Origin: Stellaceae bacterium
GTDB taxonomy: Bacteria > Pseudomonadota > Alphaproteobacteria > ATCC43930 > CGMCC-115725
Direction of reading: 5' to 3'
Assembly (NCBI GenBank): GCA_035491935.1
Contig: DATJJW010000061.1
Span: 1 to 24,000 of the forward strand
Length of the DNA: 24,000 nt
Shown here piece by piece: positions 6,152 to 12,464 of this stretch; the stretch's first letter is position 1, and the number at the start of each line of letters is the position of its first letter. A program made the position numbers and the translations under genes. The notes beneath the pieces are model-generated. The model was not told the origin of the DNA and ran no database searches. It was given only the letters and a program-made list of their open reading frames with translations.

Positions 6152-6859
6152 ATGCTGCGACCGATACGCCTCATGCTTGCCTGCCTTTGCGGCGGTCTCG
6201 GCCTGGCGGGGATCGTCGCTTCGGCTTATGCCGGCGACATGACCCTCACCAGCGAGATAACCGGCTCGACGGCGTTCCATGTGCCCGTGAAGAGCTTCAA
6301 GGAATTGAAGTTCGTGCACACCTTGCATCAGCAGGTCGATTATTCCTGCGGCGCAGCGGCGATCGCGACCTTGCTGACATATTCCTACGGCAAGCCCGTG
6401 GCCGAGCGGACCGTGTTGCAGGACATGCTCGACCACGGCGACAAGCAGGTCATCCAGACCAAGGGCTTCTCGCTGCTCGACATACGCAACTACCTTGCCC
6501 GGCAGGGTCTGCAGTCAGGCGGCTACCGGTTGCCGCTGGACAAGATCCCCGAGGTCGCCGTTCCCGGCATCGTCCTCATCAACCACAATGGCTACAACCA
6601 CTTCGTCGTGGTCGACGGGTTCAAGGATGGCCGCCTGCTGCTGGCCGACCCGTCCTTGGGCGCCCGGACCGTCGATGTCGACACGTTCAAGCGCGAATGG
6701 ACGGGGGTCTATTTCGTGATCCTCACCGGCGCCGACGACGCCAGGCGCAAATTCAATCTCAAGGAGGATTGGTCGCTTCAGGGACATGGCACCTGGGACC
6801 GGTTCCGCGACACGTTCGACCTGGCGCGGCTGAGCTTCAAAAGCGCTGATGCATTCTGA
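6152..6859 (+). CDS. periplasmic stand-alone C39 family cysteine peptidase (FapD-like)
   Basis: GAGGAGG RBS. Signal peptide ends ...IVASAYA|G. Catalytic elements: Gln/Cys region HQQVDYSCGAAAIATLLTY, His region NGYNHFVVVDG, Asp in LLLADPS. No ABC transporter domains are attached. Confidence 0.8.
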   Translation: MLRPIRLMLACLCGGLGLAGIVASAYAGDMTLTSEITGSTAFHVPVKSFKELKFVHTLHQQVDYSCGAAAIATLLTYSYGKPVAERTVLQDMLDHGDKQVIQTKGFSLLDIRNYLARQGLQSGGYRLPLDKIPEVAVPGIVLINHNGYNHFVVVDGFKDGRLLLADPSLGARTVDVDTFKREWTGVYFVILTGADDARRKFNLKEDWSLQGHGTWDRFRDTFDLARLSFKSADAF

Positions 6860-6873
6860 TTGGGGGCAAGACC

Positions 6874-7632
6874 ATGAGAATAAGCCATGCTCTCTATCCC
6901 GCGGTCGCAGCGTTATCCCTGTTGGTGATGCGCGACGCCTATGCGGATGTTCCAGGCAGATCCGGCCCGGCGCCCAAAGCCGTCGATCTCTTCGACTATT
7001 ACGCGCCCGGTGTCGTTCCCGGGCCGAAGGCGAGCGTCCATGAGGCCGCGGCGAGTACCCGGTTATCCGTCCAGCCGGCGCCTGTCCAGTCGGTGTTTGC
7101 CCAGTCAGCGCCCGTCCAGTCAGCGCCCGTCCAGGCAACACCTGCCCAATCGGCACCCATCCAATTGGCGATGGCGAACGAGATACCGGCCGACCAGCTG
7201 GGCGATATCCGTGGCGGCTTCTCCCTGCCCAGCGGCATGGAGATCAGCTTCGGCTTCGACATCGCCACACGGGTCGGCGGCGATGTCGTGCAGCAATTGA
7301 GCGTGCCGATGACGAATGTGCCGGGCACGGGTTCCTCGGTGCCGCTATCCGTGCTGTCGCAGGGGGCGTCGAGCTCCGTTCAGCTCTCGCTTGGCTCCGC
7401 GGCGCCCGTATCGGTGTCCTCGCTCGCCAATACCGGCCTCACCTCGATCACCACCACGCTGGGTGCCGGCGGGATCTCGTCGCTCATCCAGAACCAGGCG
7501 AACGGTCAGGTCATCCAGCAGACCCGCGTGCTCGACGTGTCGATCAGCGGGCTTACGCAATCCCTGGCACAGCAGGCCGCGCACACCATGATGGTCAATG
7601 CGCTCGCGGCCGCTTCCATGCCGCGTCATTGA
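6874..7632 (+). CDS. secreted protein with an xAPxQ pentapeptide array, an internal double-glycine motif and a degenerate QN repeat (position equivalent to FapE)
   Basis: Signal peptide ends ...LLVMRDAYA|DV. The Ser/Gly/Thr/Gln-rich C-terminal half includes GGISSLIQNQANGQVIQQTRV. There is a 14-nt gap to the C39 gene. GC3-rich frame. Confidence 0.7.
   Translation: MRISHALYPAVAALSLLVMRDAYADVPGRSGPAPKAVDLFDYYAPGVVPGPKASVHEAAASTRLSVQPAPVQSVFAQSAPVQSAPVQATPAQSAPIQLAMANEIPADQLGDIRGGFSLPSGMEISFGFDIATRVGGDVVQQLSVPMTNVPGTGSSVPLSVLSQGASSSVQLSLGSAAPVSVSSLANTGLTSITTTLGAGGISSLIQNQANGQVIQQTRVLDVSISGLTQSLAQQAAHTMMVNALAAASMPRH
7075..7164 (+). repeat. six tandem 15-bp units encoding PAPVQ SVFAQ SAPVQ SAPVQ ATPAQ SAPIQ
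   Basis: Direct reading of 7075-7164. Two adjacent units (TCAGCGCCCGTCCAG) are identical. Confidence 0.85.
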
Positions 7633-7640
7633 GGGACGAG

Positions 7641-7961
7641 ATGCAGCGCTTTCCGTACATTTCCAAATACGCCGCCAGGTGGGTCGCCCGCCTGACGCTC
7701 GGCCTGCTTTGCCTGTTGCCGTTCCAGCCGGCAAGGGCGGCGGATGGCGTGGTCGAAGTCGCCACGCCGGTGATGCCGATAACCGACAAGCCGGTGCCTG
7801 TCGAAGACCTGGCAGGACAGGCCGCGCGCGGTACCCCGCCGGGCCTGCCGGTCCTGCAGGAGAAACCCAAGCCGACCATCCGGCTCTGGGATGAAGTGAG
7901 TATTAGCCACGCCCTACCCAATCAGGGTACCATCAATTCAACAACGATGACGGTCCATTAA
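7641..7961 (+). CDS. small exported protein of unknown function (cluster accessory)
   Basis: ATG at 7641 follows GAGGGACGAG. Signal peptide is ...LGLLCLLPFQPARA|AD. The middle is Pro-rich. The C-terminus GTINSTTMTVH resembles the ...STVMNITIH end of the 5808 product. The TTG at 7629 in the ORF track is less likely. Confidence 0.6.
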   Translation: MQRFPYISKYAARWVARLTLGLLCLLPFQPARAADGVVEVATPVMPITDKPVPVEDLAGQAARGTPPGLPVLQEKPKPTIRLWDEVSISHALPNQGTINSTTMTVH

Positions 7962-7982
7962 GATCGTAGAGGAACCTTGGCC

Positions 7983-8483
7983 ATGATTACGACGAACATC
8001 TGGCGTTTCGCGGCAATCACTGGACTTTTCCTGCTCTGCCAATGCTCTGAGCAGAGCCAGCAAGCAAACAGCGGGCGCATCGCCGCCCCATCATCCAACG
8101 CAGCGAAGATATCGGATCCGTCCGGGCCGAGCCTGCTCCAAGAGCGCGGCAGCAAGCTCGCCATCGGCGAATATCGTCTCCTGGTCACGGGCAACACCTT
8201 GTTCCGGCCGTTGGCCAGCGGCGGCGAGACGGCGATCTACATCGCCCCCGATGGCGACCAGAAGATGCTGCTGCGCACCGCCGACGGGCGCAGCGGTACC
8301 GATAACGGACATCAGACCGAGCGCGGTTCGCTGGCCTGCTGGCAGTGGCAAAAGGCCGGTGCGGGCAGGATTCTGTGCTTCCAGCCCTATTGGAACGGCA
8401 GGGTTCTGACCATGGTGGAAACTTCGGGGGCCGTACAGCCAGCCCAATTCGTTGTCCAGAAGGGCAATTCAGCGTCTCTTTGA
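7983..8483 (+). CDS. exported (possibly lipo-)protein of unknown function (cluster accessory)
   Basis: AGAGGA RBS. N-terminus MITTNIWRFAAITGLFLLCQCSEQ is a signal peptide with a non-canonical lipobox. Four Cys residues in total. The start could instead be the TTG at 7977. Confidence 0.6.
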   Translation: MITTNIWRFAAITGLFLLCQCSEQSQQANSGRIAAPSSNAAKISDPSGPSLLQERGSKLAIGEYRLLVTGNTLFRPLASGGETAIYIAPDGDQKMLLRTADGRSGTDNGHQTERGSLACWQWQKAGAGRILCFQPYWNGRVLTMVETSGAVQPAQFVVQKGNSASL

Positions 8484-8583
8484 ACTGATTTCCGGGGCAC
8501 GTCAAACAGCCGAAATCGATGCCTACTGGGGATGGGTGACGTCTTCACGCCATTCCGCCAGATCGAGCGTTGGGGGAACAGTG

Positions 8584-9996
8584 ATGGGCAAGAAAATTCA
8601 CCGTTGGGCCACCTTTGTCCTTCTGGTCGCTGCCGAGCTTCCTTGGGCGGGAGCGGCGTCGGCACAGGCCGTGACGGCGAAGGATTTCGACGAGCTGCGC
8701 ACGCTGCTGCGTCGCCAGCAGCGCCAGATCGACCAGCAGGCCCAGCAGTTGCACGAGCAATCGAACGAGCTAAGGGCGCAAACCCGTCAGATCCAGGCGC
8801 AGCGGCGCCAGCTCGACCAGTTGCAGGGGCACCCGAATGCCCAGGGGCGGAAAAGACTGGCGGGTTCGACGGGCACGGCGGTGGTGGCAGCTCCCGTCGT
8901 ATCGCCGTCCCCGCAGGCCGCCACGCCGCAACCATCTGCCGAGGTGGTGCGTGCCCAAGTGGCCGAGAACCCGGAGGTTGCCCGCGAACGCGAGCGCGAG
9001 CAGCAGAACCGCATCGCCCAGACCAATACCAGCCTGGCGCGCACCGGCGGCGTGCTGACCCAGAAGGGGACTTTGCTGATCGAGCCGTCGCTCGAATACG
9101 ATTACCAATCGCAGCGTCAGGCCGTGGTGAGCGGTTTCACCATCATTCCCGGCATCACCTTCGGCAACATCAACATCACCAAGACGCAGCAGAGCACCCT
9201 GACCCAGGCGATGACGTTCCGCTACGGGGTGACCGACCGGCTGGAGCTTAATGTCCGCGTGCCCTTCGTCTATACGACGGCGTCGACCACCACCGGCAAT
9301 ATCACCCAGAACGCGCAACCGATCACGGTGCAGTCCGAAGGGCATTCGCTGGGCGACGTGGAATTCGGCGGCAGCTACCAGATCAATTCCGGTCAGCAGG
9401 GATGGCCGATCTTCGTCGGTAATCTGCGGGTAAAGACGATCACCGGGCGCGACCCCTTTTCCGTGCCGATCTACACGATCAACGATCCGAACGGTGCGTT
9501 CCTGCAGGGTATCCAGAAGGAGACGCCGACGGGCACCGGCTTCTATTCGGTCGAGCCGAGCATGACGGTGCTGTATCCGAGCGACCCGATCATCCTGTTC
9601 GGCAATCTGCGCTACATCCACAACATACCGCGCACCGTCAACGTCCAAAGCAGCACCGGCGACGCGCCGACGCCGACCAGCCTGCATCCCGGCGACGGCA
9701 TCGGCGCCAATTTCGGCTTAGGTTTCGCCTTCAACGAGAAAGCGTCGCTCAGCCTGAGCTATGAGGAAGTGCATGTCTTCAATTCGTCGAGCAACCACGT
9801 GTCGATCGGCGGGTCCAGCTATGATTTGGGAACACTCAATTTCGGCCTCGGCTATCAGCTCACGCCGAAGGTCAGCGTGAATCTCAGTGCCGGGATCGGC
9901 GTCACGCCTGATACCCCGGCGGCCAAGATCCTGCTCTCCGTCCCGGTCCACCTGCCCCTGTTCGGGCCGGCGGTGGGCGCCAATCATTCGTCCTGA
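8584..9996 (+). CDS. outer-membrane beta-barrel protein with an N-terminal coiled coil (FapF-like / MetA-pathway-type barrel)
   Basis: ATG at 8584 follows GGGGGA. Signal peptide ends ...AGAASAQA|V. A 7-heptad coiled coil spans residues 35-80, followed by a Pro/Ala-rich linker. The C-terminal ~300 aa show alternating beta-strand patterns (LLIEPSLEYDYQS, LELNVRVPFVY, GDVEFGGSYQI, LSLSYEEVHVF, LNFGLGYQLTP). The ORF-track start at 8452 overlaps the previous gene and lacks a signal peptide. Confidence 0.75.
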   Translation: MGKKIHRWATFVLLVAAELPWAGAASAQAVTAKDFDELRTLLRRQQRQIDQQAQQLHEQSNELRAQTRQIQAQRRQLDQLQGHPNAQGRKRLAGSTGTAVVAAPVVSPSPQAATPQPSAEVVRAQVAENPEVAREREREQQNRIAQTNTSLARTGGVLTQKGTLLIEPSLEYDYQSQRQAVVSGFTIIPGITFGNINITKTQQSTLTQAMTFRYGVTDRLELNVRVPFVYTTASTTTGNITQNAQPITVQSEGHSLGDVEFGGSYQINSGQQGWPIFVGNLRVKTITGRDPFSVPIYTINDPNGAFLQGIQKETPTGTGFYSVEPSMTVLYPSDPIILFGNLRYIHNIPRTVNVQSSTGDAPTPTSLHPGDGIGANFGLGFAFNEKASLSLSYEEVHVFNSSSNHVSIGGSSYDLGTLNFGLGYQLTPKVSVNLSAGIGVTPDTPAAKILLSVPVHLPLFGPAVGANHSS

Positions 9997-10023
9997 TTTC
10001 AACGTCATCCGAGGAGCGATGCC

Positions 10024-10512
10024 ATGCCCGTTCATCATGACAATGCAGATATCGGCGACAGCACGATCTCCAGTAGTTGGCGACGCGCAAGGCGGCGACG
10101 CCTGCGCATCCTGCTCGCCGATGGCGATCTCGTTCACATGGAACTGCTCAGCATGATGCTCGAGCCCGATCATGCCGTGATCGGCGCGCTGGCCGAAGGG
10201 GCCTATGTCGTCGAGATGATCGCGCGGGCGAAGCCCGATATCGCCATCATCGACATCGGCATGCCCGGTTTCCGAGGTATAGCGGCGACGTGGCGTCTCC
10301 AGCAGATCGCCCCCGAGACGAAGCTGGTCGTCCTGACGACGGATGCCAGGTTCGAATGCATCCGCGGCGTCCTCAGTGCCGGTGCGATGGCCTATCTGGT
10401 CAAGCCGGTGTCGGTCGCGGAACTGCACAAGGCCATCGCTTTCGTCGCGCAAGGCGGAAAATATCTGCCGGCCTCGATCGCCGGGGGGAAGCCGGACATC
10501 CTCATGCAGTAG
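10024..10512 (+). CDS. stand-alone response-regulator receiver (REC) domain protein with NarL/FixJ-type REC and no output domain
   Basis: GAGGAG RBS 7 nt upstream. Receiver motifs: RILLADGD, PDIAIIDIGMPG (phospho-acceptor Asp), KLVVLTT, AMAYLVKP. The protein ends soon after the 'GGKYLPASIA' linker with no HTH. It starts 27 nt after the barrel gene. Confidence 0.8.
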   Translation: MPVHHDNADIGDSTISSSWRRARRRRLRILLADGDLVHMELLSMMLEPDHAVIGALAEGAYVVEMIARAKPDIAIIDIGMPGFRGIAATWRLQQIAPETKLVVLTTDARFECIRGVLSAGAMAYLVKPVSVAELHKAIAFVAQGGKYLPASIAGGKPDILMQ

Positions 10513-10555
10513 GCATGCCGGTCAGACGAAAAAGCTTGAAATCCAAAGATATATC

Positions 10556-11302
10556 ATGTGCGCCACCGAGCAAGAGGACGGGGCGGCCACGGAGGATACC
10601 CGCAGCAGAGCGGCCCGTGCCGCCGAAGCGCGTGTCCTGCCCGCGGCCGTACGAAGGCTTGCGGATGATCTGGGGGCTTCCCGCGAACGGACATCCCATG
10701 TCCTGATGCTGCAGAAGGGGCAGGTGCTGCTGATGCGGCGCTTTTCCCCGGTGACATTCGCGGCGATCGAGAAGGTTGGCGTCTCGGCGCCGGCTTTCAC
10801 CTGGAAATCGCGATACCGGTGGTTCGGTTTCCCGATCGGCGCCATCCACGAATACTTCACGCCCCTGTCGGCGGGCCGTTCGATACGGGCCGGCTGGTCG
10901 GAGAGCGTCGTCGATACCCAGGAGCAGGACGAGCAATGGGCCGCTGCGGCCCTGAGGTACCTGGCCGAACTCCCCTGGCATGCCGACAGCATCGTCTTCA
11001 ACGACGCCATCATCTGGGATGTCCGGGGGCGCGGCAGGATCCGCGCCGCCCTCCGCTACGGCGAGAATCTCGCAAAGGTCGCGATCGACCTGTCCGCCGA
11101 TGGCGCCGTGGCCCGCATTCGCGCCAATCGTCCGGTAGCAACGAAGAATGGCTTCCAGTCGCGGGCCTGGGCCATGGAATTCAGCGCCTATCGTCTTTTC
11201 GAGACCCGATGGGTCCCGACGCTCGCGGAAGTGTCGTGGGAGGATGGGAACAAACGTCAGATCTATCGGCGCATCGAGGTCGAGGATTGGACGTGTCGAT
11301 GA
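10556..11302 (+). CDS. hypothetical protein (faint resemblance to DUF6544-type proteins; unverified)
   Basis: GC3-rich 248-aa frame from the ATG at 10556, with no clear RBS. LRYLAELPW and a C-terminal ...RWVPTLAEVSWEDGNKRQIYRRIEVEDW are present. The ORF-track start at 10343 overlaps the REC gene out of frame and was rejected. Confidence 0.5.
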   Translation: MCATEQEDGAATEDTRSRAARAAEARVLPAAVRRLADDLGASRERTSHVLMLQKGQVLLMRRFSPVTFAAIEKVGVSAPAFTWKSRYRWFGFPIGAIHEYFTPLSAGRSIRAGWSESVVDTQEQDEQWAAAALRYLAELPWHADSIVFNDAIIWDVRGRGRIRAALRYGENLAKVAIDLSADGAVARIRANRPVATKNGFQSRAWAMEFSAYRLFETRWVPTLAEVSWEDGNKRQIYRRIEVEDWTCR

Positions 11303-11355
11303 TGGCGACCACCTCGTATCGGCGGCGCTGATTGCCGGTCTGTCACCGGGGCGGA

Positions 11356-12330
11356 TCACTGGGCCGGGACCAGGGCCTTGATGCTGGCCTGCGCCGGATC
11401 GTCGAACGGTGCCTCGGGCAAGGGCCGCCGTGTCGGGACGGGCAGGGGTTCGCCCTGCGCGCAATCGATGAAAAGGCGCAGAGCGGACGACACGAAGCTG
11501 TCCTTGCGGTGGACGAACATGGTCACCGCCTTGGCGATGCCGGCGGGCAGGGTATGGGCGTGGACGCGCCCCTGGTGTTCCGCCGCGGCGACCACGGCAC
11601 GCGGCAGCAAGCTGACGCCGAGGCCGGCGGCGATGCAGCCGATGATGCCGTCGAGCGTGCCCATCTCCATCCGGCGCACATCGACGAAACCTTCCCGGGC
11701 GAGATACTCCAGGGTTCGCTGCCGATAGGAGCAGCCGGCCCGGAAGACGATGACCTTGCGGTTGCCGTTCGAGGCGAAATATTCCGTGACTTGCCGCGGC
11801 GTCCTGATCTGGGGCGGCGTCACCAGCACCAATTCTTCCTCGACGACGGGCAACGCTTCCAGATCGGCGTGGGCGACCGGTCCGGCGACGAAGGCGCCAT
11901 CCAGCCGGCGGGCCAGCACGCTCTCGATCAGCGGCTCGGTCGGCCCGCTCTCGATCTGCAGATCGACGGCGGGGCAGCGATCGGTATAGGCGGTCAGGAT
12001 CGGCGGCAGCCGCAGCGCCGCCGTCGTCTCCAGCGAGCCAATGCGCAATTCGCCGCCAGGGGCCGCCTCATCTCGAACCACCCGCCGGACCTCATCCAGT
12101 AGCTCATGGATGCGCAAGGCATAGGGTAGCAGACGGCCGCCCATCGCGGTGAGGGTGACGCCGCGCTTCGAGCGATGGAAGAGTTGGGCCCCGAGTTCAC
12201 GTTCGAGGCCGCGGATGCGCTGGGTCACGTTCGACTGCACCGTGTGCAGGTCATGCGCGGCGCGGCCGATGCCGCCGGCATTTGCCACTGCCAGGAAGAA
12301 GCCGAGATCGGTGCTGTCCATGGATGTCAT
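11356..12330 (-). CDS. LysR family transcriptional regulator
   Basis: The N-terminal wHTH LGFFLAVANAGGIGRAAHDLHTVQSNVTQRIRGLERELGAQLFHR is typical of LysR regulators. About 320 aa. Divergent from the neighbouring + strand operon. Confidence 0.9.
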   Translation of the reverse strand: MTSMDSTDLGFFLAVANAGGIGRAAHDLHTVQSNVTQRIRGLERELGAQLFHRSKRGVTLTAMGGRLLPYALRIHELLDEVRRVVRDEAAPGGELRIGSLETTAALRLPPILTAYTDRCPAVDLQIESGPTEPLIESVLARRLDGAFVAGPVAHADLEALPVVEEELVLVTPPQIRTPRQVTEYFASNGNRKVIVFRAGCSYRQRTLEYLAREGFVDVRRMEMGTLDGIIGCIAAGLGVSLLPRAVVAAAEHQGRVHAHTLPAGIAKAVTMFVHRKDSFVSSALRLFIDCAQGEPLPVPTRRPLPEAPFDDPAQASIKALVPAQ

Positions 12331-12340
12331 CTTTCGTAGA

Positions 12341-12366
12341 GATGAGCTTCATCAGAAATGATCACT
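12341..12366. promoter_or_regulatory. candidate LysR-binding dyads in the divergent intergenic region
   Basis: GATGA-gct-TCATC (12341-12353) overlaps a T-N11-A element TCAtcagaaaTGA (12349-12361), 11-30 bp from the LysR start codon. Confidence 0.3.
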
Positions 12367-12464
12367 TTTCTGCTGTCAATGGCCGCCCTAGTGTCGGGCC
12401 TGGCACGTCATGAAAGGCGGGACGAACCGCGGCCTCCTGGGGGCGTATTGGGAAGGAAGATGTT

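Noticed and set aside
6187-6849. 220-aa alternative + frame inside the C39 peptidase gene, and the - strand ORF at 6515-7156
   Set aside because: Both are Arg/Pro/Gly-rich shadow frames. The 6152 frame carries the complete C39 catalytic motifs and a signal peptide.
8452-8583. Longer start for the barrel gene overlapping the preceding ORF
   Set aside because: It would place about 44 non-signal residues before the signal peptide and overlap gene 7983-8483. The ATG at 8584 with a GGGGGA RBS gives a proper signal peptide.
10343-10555. Upstream extension of the 10556-11302 ORF overlapping the REC gene
   Set aside because: It is out of frame and overlaps the well-supported REC coding region. The extension is Ser/Arg/Pro/Cys-rich shadow sequence.
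2700-11350. Interpretation of the accessory block as a mobile genomic island
   Set aside because: The AT-rich borders are suggestive. However, no integrase or transposase, tRNA attachment site, flanking direct repeats or deviant codon usage could be seen, and coding GC3 looks native. It is kept only as a possibility inside the 2691-3200 finding.
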